64,000 nt of DNA from Guillardia theta CCMP2712 (Eukaryota; Protista; Cryptophyta), in NCBI RefSeq assembly GCF_000315625.1, contig NW_005434653.1, forward strand, positions 415,745 through 479,744. Reading direction: 5' to 3'. A model generated the notes under the pieces. That model did no database searches. It worked only from the letters and a program-made list of their open reading frames with translations, and was not told where the DNA came from. Position numbers and translations under genes: made by a program. Below, piece by piece: positions 1 through 16,467 of this stretch (its first letter is position 1; each line of letters opens with the position of its first letter).

Positions 1-61
1 GTAAAAGAGGTGAATGATTGATACCTTATGAAAAACGATTTACTTACTCCTTCTGTTTTAG

Positions 62-919
62 ATGCCAGTGGATCGGGATGAGAAGAGAAAGGACATGGCA
101 CTTCGCGAAATGGTCACAATGTTTGGGATCGATCACGCTGGAATCGTGGCTTGTCACAATGTTTTCTACTCCAAGAACATGTTTCATATCGCCATGGAGT
201 ACATGGATGCAGGATCGCTTCTTGATGCAATGCGGAGGACCTGTCGCCAATCGGGGAGCTACACGATGCCTTTGCCTGCCCTGGCGCATGTTTGCCAAAA
301 GGTTCTCAGTGCCCTGGACTTCCTGCATGAAGGCATGCAACTAGTGCATCGGGACGTAAAGCCTGGAAACATTTTGCTTTCTGTCCAAGGGGAGGTGAAG
401 CTCGCTGATCTTGGTATTTGTGCACAGCCGATTACAGAGGGTGGATTGCAAGAGGAAAGTACCGGGGTTTGTGCGACACCTGTTACAGAATGGATCGGAA
501 CAGTGACGTACATGTCTCCTGAGAGGTTGTTGGGAGAGGCCTACGGCTACAGCGCAGACATGTGGAGTCTGGGGCTTGTGCTGGTCGAGGCTGCCATGGG
601 GAGATACCCTCTGACGCCTTCGGACTTTCAGGGAAACTTGCAATTCTGGGATCTTCTTGACATCGTGATGTCTGAGTCAACTTGCGCTTTCAAGCTGCTT
701 GAGGGACTCGACAGGGAATATGATGAACTTCGCACTTTCACAGATGCTTGCTTGATCAAGGACGGAGTTACCAGACCCTTGGCTCGAGATCTGTTTGGAC
801 ATCCGCTTTTGAACTCTGCAGACCAGTCTGTGTTTGCACAGTGGGTTTCCAGAAGTTTGACAGAGCGGGGTTGTGACATTCCTGATTCCCAGTGTCTTGA
901 GGTTGATGGTTGGGCTTAG
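62..919 (+). CDS. MAP kinase kinase (STE7/MEK-like) protein kinase, last exon; 5' part lies upstream of the window
   Basis: HRDVKPGNILL, LADLG, GTVTYMSPER and DMWSLG kinase motifs typical of MAP2Ks. Bases 1-61 read GT...TTTTAG (an intron), so the ATG at 62 is probably an internal exon start. Confidence 0.85.
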   Translation: MPVDRDEKRKDMALREMVTMFGIDHAGIVACHNVFYSKNMFHIAMEYMDAGSLLDAMRRTCRQSGSYTMPLPALAHVCQKVLSALDFLHEGMQLVHRDVKPGNILLSVQGEVKLADLGICAQPITEGGLQEESTGVCATPVTEWIGTVTYMSPERLLGEAYGYSADMWSLGLVLVEAAMGRYPLTPSDFQGNLQFWDLLDIVMSESTCAFKLLEGLDREYDELRTFTDACLIKDGVTRPLARDLFGHPLLNSADQSVFAQWVSRSLTERGCDIPDSQCLEVDGWA

Positions 920-1029
920 GAAGATTCTCATTTTCGTGCTTTGAGAGCTTTAGCTGATTTTGCATTTATGTTATTCATTACACTGTACTTTGTTTGTTAC
1001 CCAATGCTTGTGTGCTGTCGACGGTCACG

Positions 1030-1530
1030 TTTGCAAAGTGCGTCCCGGACTCCCGTCTGAGAGTCCGCGGCACTCAGTGACTTCGGCTGAGTCCCATTAC
1101 GAGGATCGGACACGGTGTATGATCGGATGATCCGTGGCATGAGCCAAGTGCGCCGGGGGCTCCACGCACCGCACGCGGCTAGCGGCACCCCCGCGGGCCG
1201 GGGGCCGGCCGCCGCTCCTGTCGTAGACGGTGATTATTCTGCCAGAGCCCGGCGGGCTGATGACCATACTAGTGACCAGTGACTTTAGTAGTGACTAGAA
1301 TGGCACTGCAACTTAGCCTACTACGGTACATAGCGCCCCCCCCGCAGTGCTCAGCAGAGTAGCCTGCTACCCCGCTATGGGCGCGGCCTACCCGGCCGCC
1401 AGCCCGGCTGGCATACGGTGACCCGGCCGCCCGGCGCAGCGCGGCCGCTTGAACGGTCACGCGGCGTCAGTCTCGGCGATCGGACGGCCGCGGCGGCGGC
1501 GCTGGGCCCGGCGGCCCGGCGCTGAGTTGG
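1030..1530. repeat. GC-rich intergenic island rich in short palindromes and GAGTC/GACTC words
   Basis: Dense ccggcc, gcggccgc, gggccc, actagt and ctgagtc words; no credible ORF; same texture recurs at four other intergenic sites. Confidence 0.5.
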
Positions 1531-1554
1531 TCCGGGCAGTGAAGGGGATGAGGG

Positions 1555-2255
1555 ATGCAGTGGCCTTTCACAATGCACAGGATGATGCGTGAGTTGGGTG
1601 GGGTGCCGGCAGTAGCCGCGTTGGTCAGTGGGCTTCTCCTTGTCATGATGGTGATGTCCTTGAGACCGAGTCCCACTGAGAGGGTTCTGCTGGAACGAAA
1701 GCATGCTATGCCTACTATCTCCCGGCGATTGCGCTTCCAGGTATGAAGGAATTTTTAAGTACCTTGGCGTCAATTCTTCGATGAAACTTGATGTCTGTGC
1801 TGAGTCATATGAAGATACGTTGTAATCATTGTTGTCTCTTGTTCTGCTCCAAGACTTTGAGCTCTACCTGTTGGCAGTCATGTGCGTCGTGTTGAAAACT
1901 CTCGATGCTCAATGGTGCATGATCCATTTTGACTTTCTCTCTCCAGAAATCAGCAAGGCTTGCATATTTAAATAGTCCAGGTACTGAAAGCATTATGAAC
2001 TTTGCAGAAGATTTGACATCCGATTGGTTTACAGTAGGAGCGAGGCAAACAGCACTTTGGGATTTCGAGGAGGGGGGGCCGACGGTGGCGGACGTAGCAG
2101 GAACAAACTACAACCCTGTTGTGCTCGACGACGCAGTACGTTTCGCTCTCTTGATTGTAACTTTCGATGAGATACTGAACAGGTGTCAAGGAGAGGTTAT
2201 CCGCCTCTCAACAGCGGCTGGGAGGAGTGGGGCTGTGGAGGGAGCGATAGCATGA
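1555..2255 (+). CDS. Small hypothetical membrane/secreted protein, multi-exon (boundaries approximate)
   Basis: Hydrophobic N-terminal segment (AVAALVSGLLLVMMVMSL), donor CAG|GTATG at 1741, downstream coding-like segment ESIMNFAEDLTSDWF...NYNPVVLDDA. Confidence 0.45.
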
Positions 2256-2539
2256 TGAACGAATACCCTTGCTCGCACTATTACTATGATGACTGAGGCA
2301 GAGGCAGTTATAAGCAAGAGAATGTACATTAATGATTTGTTTTGCCGAAACCAAGGCTCCACATGCGAACTGCCGAAGTCCAAGATTAGAAGATGTCGGT
2401 CTGATCGCTGATCTTGGCAGTTCAGGACCAACGCGAATGCTGGTAGAGGCTAGTGCAAAGAATGAAATAACAACGAACATTGAGATGAAAGTTTCAAGAT
2501 CCATGGAGTAATCTAACACCCCACTTGCTCGTTGGGCTA

Positions 2540-3826
2540 TCATGATATTCTCAAAAGAGCATGGACTCCCATCTCTGTGTCGAAAGCTTCGCTCCGTGAC
2601 CCCACCTGCTCGCACCCATTACTTGATAGTTGGTCTACCAAATTCAGAGAGCGCGCATCTGTCGTCAAGGATCTCACCGCCAGCTTTTCGGCTATTCGCT
2701 TGAACGAAGAAGGCATGTTGGCAAATTCATCCGTCGTCTGTTCCTCGTCATTTCACCAGGCAGGCGAGCAAAGACGACAGAAGAAGAGGTTGTTAACAAG
2801 GCTTAAGACAAGAGAGAGGAGGGAATTGAGTTTCAGATGCGCATACCATTTCTCCAAATACTTTGTAACTTTGACTGTCGCTGACTCTTGCGGTTAACTG
2901 ATGCAATTCAGTTTCGAAACCCTCACAACTCCTTTCACCACCTGGTCGAAAGTTATCTCCCCGTGTTTTACATCGCGCAGGTATCCCTTCATAAGGCGAA
3001 TCGCATCCGCCTGATCCACAACATCACCTTCCTCACAACACGTAAAACTGACGACTTACCTTGCTTCTTGCCTTGATTTCCTTGCCCTTGGGATCTCTGT
3101 CTGACACAGGATCCGCCACTCCGCTAAATTTCAGGAGGACATGTTTGACTTTCATCTGGCATGCAGGCATTTACATGGGAAAAATCCTGCAGAGCCAAAT
3201 CCTCTCACTGGGCCATCTGCCTTTTCCTTCTTCACGGGCTTCTCTGTGTCCCCGACCGTATCCCTTCCTCGCTTCGAGCTGCTCGCTGATTCAACCTGCA
3301 GGAATTTAGCACACTCAGCCTCCTACGGTCATAGTCCACAACATGGAACAGCGCGCCTCCATCCTTCGCACCCAATCGTACTTGATCCCCTCCCTGCAGC
3401 CTTGTCGGCTCCTCAGGCGAAATCCTCTTCACAAGATGATTGTTAGACACCACATCGCAAGAGGTTCTCCAGTTGCGAACCTTTCCGTTCAGGTAAGTGC
3501 CATGAGCAGAGGACTTGTCCATTATGTACACCTTGCCATCATCCTTTTTATTCGTCACATTTCCATGGACAGAACACTCCTCCTCAAACCTTCTTGTAAG
3601 CGATGATCGCATGCACCCTTGAGCATGTGGGGTAGCTCAATGTGCAATTAGCATCTGTGTTCGATCGCCCGAGGACGAGGTAGGGCCTGTAGCAAGCAAG
3701 GCACTTAGAGAGATCTTGCACAAGGTCTCAGCTCAGACCTTCCATCAAAGCGAATCGTTTTGGGTCCCTCGCTGCCCGGTTCCAAGTTTTAGTGCGAGTT
3801 AGGACAACGTGGAGTATTGGTTGCAT
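2540..3826 (-). CDS. FHA-domain + parvulin (Pin1-like) peptidyl-prolyl isomerase, multi-exon
   Basis: Hand-spliced exons give FHA motifs (YLVLGRS, CSRVHAII, DKSSAHGTYLNG, LQGGDQVRLG) followed by a parvulin domain (VKHVLLKFSG, ADAIRLMKGYLRDVKHGEITFDQL, SDSQS, DTEMGVHALLRIS*) that parallels Pin1 segment by segment. Confidence 0.75.
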
Positions 3827-3936
3827 GCATCACTGTATCTCCAGCTAATCATGATCTATCTTCCACTTTCATCTCTGTCTTTTTTGCCGTTGCTATGGCT
3901 TTGACTGTATTTCTTGCTCAATAACCTTCACATTTC

Positions 3937-3986
3937 AAGTAGCACTGAATTGTCAAGAGGATCCTCTTGACAATTCAGTGCTACTT
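3937..3986. repeat. Perfect 50-bp palindrome
   Basis: aagtagcactgaattgtcaagagga|tcctcttgacaattcagtgctactt is its own reverse complement, with no spacer. Confidence 0.95.
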
Positions 3987-4746
3987 CGCTCCAAATACAA
4001 CCTGTCTTTATAAGACGTATTCCTCTCTTCTACCCTCCTTCATTCTGCTCTCACCCAATCATCTCATCATGACCCTATTTCATCGCCTTCAATTTTGACA
4101 AGGTGTGCAGGAGGGACAAGGATGGAGACGGGTAGAAGGGAAATCGTAGATGAGGTGAGAATGGCATGCGGAACGAAGAGAAATGCTGAGGATAGAGATC
4201 CATTTATCCTAACTTCAGCTCTTACCTCAGCATGTTTGTCATCTGAAACTCGTCGTTCGGCGGCGCTACTGCCCATCCGGGCATGCCACCTGCTGCCATT
4301 GGATCCTTTCCTTCTTGATAGCCCTCTTCCCCGCTCCTGCCTCCCGGCAGGCCCGCGCATGTTTGCCGGGGCTCCAAACAACACTGCCGGCAGTGGGCCA
4401 CTCCACCCACCCCACCCACCCCACCCACCCCACCCCACCCACCCTTTCATTGTAGGTGCCACCACACCCTACCCCACCCCGACATTCTAATAAAAGTACC
4501 TTCAGAAAGGGGGTGCAATGGAATATTCCAGAGGATGATGAGATGGACCGGCGTGTGCAAAGGTGAGTTTGCATTTTGTACCGGGGTGACCCGTTCGTTT
4601 CGTTTCAACTTGAAAATCAAGATAAACAATTTCAAGAGTATGGTTTTTATTTCAAATTTTACGAAGTGATGAGAAATTTTGAGAGGTGCAAAACGGGACA
4701 TCAAAAGGGGTGGGGGTAGTGGGTGGAACCCCAAGAGACGCGGCAA

Positions 4747-6350
4747 TGTTCGAGTTTGTGGCGGCAGCACTTCAGGCGATTGGCAGCGACGGCCATGCAG
4801 TTCAGTTGGACTCAGCTGACTGCTCTTACTTCTCTTGCGACCACAGTGAGTTTTCTTGACAAAAAGCCTGCAGATATGCATGCATGTCTTTTCCACCCGT
4901 TACAAGTATTATGGCATAGAAGTGGAACAGAGGATTTTTGTTTGGGTCTTGTATCGTGTCCCGATGTTTGCAAGAAACCGTGTGACTGATTATTCTGACG
5001 TACCTTCAGGCAGCGACTATGTTGGCACCCTCTCGAATGGGGCAGATGACAAGCTGACCACCGACGGAGTGATCTACCCTGCCTACAGCAGTGGAGCCCA
5101 GGATGCAGGAAGCAGTCAGCTGACTCTGGTTGATGATGGCAAGACTGCTTTGTATGAGCTCCCGGACAACAGCGCTGACTACGTTGGCACTCCTCCTGAG
5201 CCCTTGACTGGAGACGGAGTGATCTACCCTGCCTACGATCCGTCGTACTCGGCAGTGCCCAACGACGTCAACGCTGCTTTGTATGAGCTCCCGGACAACA
5301 GCGCTGACTATGTCGGCACTCCTCCTGAGCCCTTGACTGGAGACGGAGTGATCTACCCTGCCTACGATCCGTCGTACTCGGCAGTGCCCAACGACGGCAA
5401 CACTGCTTTGTATGAGCTCCCGGACAACAGCGCTGACTATGTCGGCACTCCTCCTGAGCCCTTGACTGGAGACGGAGTGATCTACCCTGCCTACGATCCG
5501 TCGTACTCGGCAGTGCCCAACGACGGCAACGCTGCTTTGTATGAGCTCCCGGACAACAGTGGAGACTATGTCGGAAGCGATGGTTCCCTTCTTGGGGACG
5601 GAGTGATCTACCCTGCCCAGGTAACATCGGTCGCTCTCCTTGCTTCCTTGCTAATAGCATATTCAGGAGAAGGCTATCCCTGTCTCTATGCTCGCAGAAT
5701 CTGCAAGCCATGATGGTGCCTATTATTGCGCTGACACCTCCGATCTTCCCGCCGACGCTCAATGCGGAACTGAGGTGGTTGATCCGGTACTTGGCCCAAT
5801 GAACACATTCATCTGGTAATGTTCGTTGTCCCAGGTTCTCAAGCCGATCGAGTACCCTGTGGCTGCTGAATTGGCTGCTCCTGTTGTTACTGCGGTACCT
5901 GCCAAAGCCGGATCTCTCGCCAAACCGGCCCGTCCAACTCCAGGCCACTTTGTAATTTACGTCGAATCGAAACTTCTTTGTGGTGACAACAAATCAGGTG
6001 CTCATGGCTCCAGCTGCTTTGTTTGGAGCTGCTGAGGCTACCATGAGCAAGCTCTCGGTGAGTTTTCAAGTTGCATCTGCTTACTACCATGGAAGGGTGT
6101 AGGTGTTCTCATGCAAAAGTTGCGCAGGACCCTAAGGAAACTCGTGGTTGGACCGAGTTGTTTGCGGAGAAGACCACTGCAGCTGCGAATGCTGTTACAC
6201 CTGTTGGAGGTTATATCCTAAAGTCTGCTCTAAAGGTCAACACTACTGTTTCTTTCGCGTCGGAGTAACATCGTGTGCAGGCTTAAGTTCCTCGTCAACT
6301 CTATGGAACAGTTAAGTGAGGGGGATGGTTAAGCGTGCCTTGAAAAATGT
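4747..6350 (+). CDS. Hypothetical acidic tandem-repeat protein (43-aa DYVG/DGVIYPA repeats), multi-exon; ends approximate
   Basis: ORF 4856-5713 contains LYELPDNSADYVGTPPEPLTGDGVIYPAYDPSYSAVPNDGNAA repeats. Candidate first exon MFEFVAAALQAIG.. ending at GTGAG 4846; further GT-AG exons to about 6350. Confidence 0.6.
5145..5620 (+). repeat. 129-bp coding tandem repeat, about 3.7 near-identical units (degenerate unit upstream from about 5010)
   Basis: ctgctttgtatgagctcccggacaacag recurs at 5145, 5274, 5403 and 5532. Confidence 0.95.
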
Positions 6351-6658
6351 GAAGGTGTGCGTTCCTTTTCTGTCGTAGGATGTTGTGAAACTGTTTCAAA
6401 CAACGCCCTTCAATTATATACAAACGCATAAACGACAGCGATTGCTCAATCACAGTTTCACATGCTACATCCAAGTGTGCTGTCCCTGCATATGGTTCAA
6501 AGTCCATAGGCTGCTGTCAAACAAACCATCCATGTAGCAAGTACAACCGAGTATATGCACAGTCTAACTGTCATCGAATAACCAAGAAGCTTCCAGAACA
6601 TGGTCATGATTCATAACATGTGCTTGAAAATGAGGAAGCGAGATTCTAGACGTGGCAT

Positions 6659-7307
6659 TTATCTCCTGAACTTTCCAAAAATGTGCAGGAGAATAACGAA
6701 GGCAATGAAGAGCAAGGAGACGACAAGAACTGTCGTCGGGCCGCTGTGCAACGTGAAAGTCAATGCGGAGTAAAATAATGTGTGAAAAACAAGTGAATGG
6801 CATGGTTGTACTCACATTTTCAATCCCGCTGCGTCATCGGTGTAGTACCTCCAGATGCCTCCACCTCCACCTCCTCCACGATTGCCGCTTCCAGAGTATC
6901 TCTTCACAGCACCCCCGGTTCTGAACGTATTTGTCAGGAAGAAAGTTACTTTGGTCAGGTGCCGAAGTGGCATTCGACAGACATATGGAAACAAACAACC
7001 TTCCCAACTTAGAATCAAGTAATGGTGCAATAGAGTCACAGAGATTTCATCATGTGAAGAGATGAACAGCAATTGAAATAAACTTGCCGCAGCCATTCAC
7101 ACCTAACTGAGTACCAGTCGCCCCCTCACACCAACCGGCCTCCCTCACACAATCCCATATCCAATGCTCTGGACATAGCAAGATCGGGAGCACGAATGAG
7201 AAGATCGTCGTTCAATACCTGTTGCCCTGCTTGGAGGGAGTGTTGCTGCTGTTTCCTCCTCCTCCTCCGCGCTTGCTCACAGCTGTTGATCCCGACCTGC
7301 TCTGCAT
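6659..7307 (-). CDS. SEC61B: Protein translocon subunit Sec61 beta (exons 7307-7219, 6920-6816, 6743-6659)
   Basis: In-phase GT-AG splicing gives MQSRSGSTAV...[42 protein letters not shown], the canonical Sec61-beta C-terminus. Confidence 0.93.
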
Positions 7308-7680
7308 CCTCGGCTTTGCCACGTCCACCCTACCCTACCCACCCCTCCTTTTGAGAATACTACCCCTCGAATTTCCTGAACCCTAGAACATTCGTGCTCT
7401 AAGGTTCAAATCGAAATCTTCAACAGGGATCAGAGTGACACTACTTGATTTTTACTTGAGGCTCATAGCTGATATTTCTTCTCTATGGTGCTATCCGTTG
7501 AGTACGAAACACCCACCCACCTTTTGATACGGGTTGTCACCCCCCACCTTCAATTTTTTTCATACACCCATCCATTGGAGGCCGCGCGTGCGTCTTTCTT
7601 GTTCCGTTACAATGTAACGGCATGATTCAAAGCTCGCCCGCCACTTGAAGTTCCTCCTGATTGTCCTCGTACCGTGCTTT

Positions 7681-8030
7681 TTAACTTCACTTTGAGTAAA
7701 GTGAAGTTCGCATCATTGATATCCGATGCATCATATGCCTTCGCCGCCGCTGTCGGACTCCGAGCCGAGTCTGAGTCGGCGACCCCGGCGGCCCGGTCAC
7801 CCCGTCCCGTTGCCAGGCCGGGGTGGGCATAGCGATGCGTCACTGAGTGTGGCAGGCCCCGCCGGGCTCCGAGCAGTGACCGGACTCGGGACTGTGACCA
7901 ACTCCGGCAGCCGCTGGAGTCCGACTCACGGTTATCATTGTGAATATAACCTGCCAGGCGCCCTGGTACTGCGGTAGCCGGACGGTACCGCCGGGCCCGG
8001 CCGTGATCACTTACCATATGCTCACTGTGG
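7681..8030. repeat. GC-rich intergenic island with flanking TTTACTCAAAG motif and hairpin
   Basis: Hairpin aacttcacttt-gagt-aaagtgaagtt at 7683-7708, then a palindrome-rich GC stretch. Confidence 0.55.
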
Positions 8031-8343
8031 AGGCTGGGTTTGAAATGGTGCAGCCTCAGTCCCTCAGATCCACCAATTCTGTTCAAAACCGTATCAACAG
8101 AGTCTCGTGATGTCAATGCTGCTATGAATATCAGGCTATTGTGCTACATGTCTCTACCAGCACGACCAGATTTTCTGAAACGGCCTTGAATCACACATGG
8201 GTCTGGTTATACTTCAACCTGTTCTTCATAGAAAGGATGAAGTACGAGTCAGACACAAGGAAATATTGGCGTGTGGGTCTTCCATGTCGGATCCATAATT
8301 TCGACGGAAATTTAGAATTTTGAAATTTTATGTTTTGTGTCGT

Positions 8344-10293
8344 TTAGCTAATAAGAGGACTCTGTTTGTCCAGAAGCCTCTCCACGTCTACGAAGACGGC
8401 GCCATACTCGTTCTTTAACCTTTCAAGCTCTGCTATCAATGCGCTCCTCCTCGGCCCATGCTGAGAGTCGATGGTGCTCTTCAGTCTAGCCCAGGCATCT
8501 TCAATGGCATCCTGGTATGGGTGCGTGTAGCTTATCTCAAACGTCGACGTGTTGAAATAATACGTCTTCCCATCGATCTTCCCCGTCTGCGGAACCCAAC
8601 CAGTCAAAGGATTTTGTTTGATGATTTCTTGTTTACGTTGCATTGCTTTTCTGCGAAAGAGCTCCTCTGACTTCTGACTTTGCAGCTCCATTTCTTTTCG
8701 GCACATCATAATCTTTCGCTCAAGTGTGGTGTACTTGGTCAAGAGATCAAGTTCGTCAGTCGCACATTCGCAAGCTACTGTCCATTGTGAGATCAGTTTC
8801 TTGTGATTGGCTCCCAATCGTTTGAGGGCTTTGTAGTGTCTCTGCGCAGCACTTGCCCGCATGCCTAGCCATCGTCGATAGCACCTTTGGATGACCAGCG
8901 CGGCCTCCGGTAACGACTTGAGGAGCTTTCGAGCAATGCAAGATCGGAAAGCACATTGCAGAGTTCTGACTGCCTCGTACGATCTCGCCTTTTCGAAACT
9001 TTCTTCACAACCAAACATTCGAATCCTGTACTTCCAGATGTTGTACTGATCTTCCTGGCTCTTTATCATGTCCATGTGCTCTACCATTCGGATTCTGATC
9101 AGCTCTTTCACCTTGGCATGCTGAACATGTATCCTCTCCAGGTATCTTCTTTTTCGGAGCCACCGCCTCACATGGCTTTGAAGTTTGTAGATGGTCTTTT
9201 CGAAATTTGTCATGGAATAAATCTGAATTTCTTCCAGGGGCTTTCGAAGTACGATCGACCCCATGCGCAAAGACCGTCTTCCAGTGCTCTTGTCGTTGGA
9301 GGGCTGACTCCTGATTTCGCTGTCGGGGTTGAAATCTTCGTGGAGGAGCTCTAGAACTTGAGAGTGCGGGAACGTTGGGGCTTCTCCTTCACTCTCGTAC
9401 TTGGGATGGCTCGAAACTTCAGCAAGGTATTGATGCCTGTCGATGTACTCCATGTCGTTTGATGGAGACGTGGTCGACGACATAGCTTCCATCTGCTGCA
9501 GCTGGTTCAAGTCATCTTCAGAGATCTCGTATTGCAAAGTCCACTTTCCCTCCTGCAACGCGCTCCTTTCTAATGATGGAGAAGGGCTCCTTACCCCAGA
9601 CTTTAGGCTCTGCCGAAGAGTTTTTCCAAGGAGAGTCGTGGAGTTGACCAACGAGTCCATGTTCTCAACGTCAGAGCCGCAGATTTCACCCCACAGTCTA
9701 GAGATGTTTTTCCTTGATTCCAGCAGTGACGACACGGCCAGACGGACCTCCATCGACACGTTGGAACCTTGGTCGTTGGATATCAAGGTTTCCAGTTCAT
9801 GGGCGACACGGGGCGAATTGCTATAGACCAGCTCGTCTGTCCTTGCCCCTCGTCCACCTCCATGTACTGATCGCTCCTTTCCTGTCCATGGTCTCGACCC
9901 TTTCTTCGGGGACATGCTGAGCCGCATGAAGCGTCTGGTATTCTCCCTCCTCACTTCATCCCGCTGCCTGGCTGAAACCGCTCTTCTCTGCCCATCACCA
10001 TGTGATCGACGTGTCGCAATGACCCTACATATCCTCGTGTGCAGATTCGTCAGTATTTCATCTTCCAGCTTCCTTCTGGACTCTTCTCGCAGTCCGATAT
10101 CTACTAGATCATGCTCGCCGCTCGGCAAATCATTTGTCATCATCCTCCTCACATCTGAATTTCTTTTTGCGATCATGGTGGTGAGCATCTTCACGACGAA
10201 AGCATCGCTGACATCTCCTTGCGACAATGTTGCACTTCTGCTCAGTCTCTCCTGCATGGTCGGTTGTATGTACGACAGTGGTGATGTGTTCAT
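8344..10293 (-). CDS. IQ-motif and WW-domain coiled-coil protein
   Basis: 649-aa ORF with IQ-like motifs (LQSHVRRWLRKR, LQCAFRSCIARK, IQRCYRRWLGMR) and a WW-like domain (GWVPQTGKIDGKTYYFNTSTFEISYTHP). Confidence 0.75.
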   Translation of the reverse strand: MNTSPLSYIQPTMQERLSRSATLSQGDVSDAFVVKMLTTMIAKRNSDVRRMMTNDLPSGEHDLVDIGLREESRRKLEDEILTNLHTRICRVIATRRSHGDGQRRAVSARQRDEVRRENTRRFMRLSMSPKKGSRPWTGKERSVHGGGRGARTDELVYSNSPRVAHELETLISNDQGSNVSMEVRLAVSSLLESRKNISRLWGEICGSDVENMDSLVNSTTLLGKTLRQSLKSGVRSPSPSLERSALQEGKWTLQYEISEDDLNQLQQMEAMSSTTSPSNDMEYIDRHQYLAEVSSHPKYESEGEAPTFPHSQVLELLHEDFNPDSEIRSQPSNDKSTGRRSLRMGSIVLRKPLEEIQIYSMTNFEKTIYKLQSHVRRWLRKRRYLERIHVQHAKVKELIRIRMVEHMDMIKSQEDQYNIWKYRIRMFGCEESFEKARSYEAVRTLQCAFRSCIARKLLKSLPEAALVIQRCYRRWLGMRASAAQRHYKALKRLGANHKKLISQWTVACECATDELDLLTKYTTLERKIMMCRKEMELQSQKSEELFRRKAMQRKQEIIKQNPLTGWVPQTGKIDGKTYYFNTSTFEISYTHPYQDAIEDAWARLKSTIDSQHGPRRSALIAELERLKNEYGAVFVDVERLLDKQSPLIS

Positions 10294-11118
10294 TCTCGGG
10301 GTTTGAAAGATGTCTCCTCAACAGTCTTAATCCCCCCAGCGCAGTGAAGGCTTCGCTACATTAAAGTTTGGACTACGTTGCTCATATTGGCAAGCACTTC
10401 ATGCCAAACTTCTCTTCACCATCAGAACACCATGCTCTGTTTGCGTTCTCTCCACCGCTTCCCTGCGGTTGAAGCATAGAGTAGGGGCTGAAAGGGCCCT
10501 CGGTACCCCTACCCCCCCTAACAAAGCATACTACCCCGACATTCATCGACCCATCAAACCCTCTGAGGCGGAGGCGCTGGGATTTCCCCGATAAAGATCA
10601 TCCCGACATGGCGAAGAGGGGAGGAGAGGGAGGGAGGAGGAGGAGGGTCAAGGGGAGCGGAAAGAGGGAGAGCAAGAGTCAATGAAGAATGCGCACTTTG
10701 ACAAAGAGAAACAGATACAGGGGAGCACGAAAGATCGAGCGAGCGTGAGATTAGGAGTGAGTGTTTATCTGGAAACAAGTTCTTGTTTCCGATTTTTTCA
10801 TGGGTAAATGAGGAAAATTGTGGAAAATCGATCATGTTATTCTAAGTTTTAATGTTACATCTCATCGATGTCATGGTTCTTCTCATGGATTTTCCTCCTC
10901 CTTCTTTGCACATCCCTTAGAACCCTTGTTTTCTCAATGCCTCCTATTTCTGATCCCATTTCTCGACCATTGTCCTTTCACCGCGTCAAGTCAAGTCTTT
11001 GCTGTCAACATCTCAACATGCTGGAAGATGAGAGTGGCTCAAAAACTGACATGTTTCTTGCAGGAATGTCAAACACCCGAACACACACAGTCTTCTAGCC
11101 GACCAGCTCTCAGAAGCC

Positions 11119-16374
<5,256 letters not shown>

Positions 16375-16467
16375 TATCTTGCGATAAACGGATCCCCCTC
16401 TACTTCTCCTCCTCCTATTCCTCCTTTGCCCTCTACTCCTCCCCCCCCCCCCTTCCCTGCTGTCTCC

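Noticed and set aside
4067-4574. Overlapping ORFs in the divergent intergenic region
   Set aside because: Low-complexity (CCACC) content and no recognisable motif; cannot support a gene.
5145-5620. Regularly spaced repeats as a CRISPR array
   Set aside because: Units are whole 129-bp in-frame tandem copies with no unique spacers; no cas genes; eukaryotic context.
7607-8116. 169-aa ORF (and similar ORFs at 26865-27736 and 45132-45593)
   Set aside because: They overlie GC-rich islands where stop codons are rare; no domain-like sequence.
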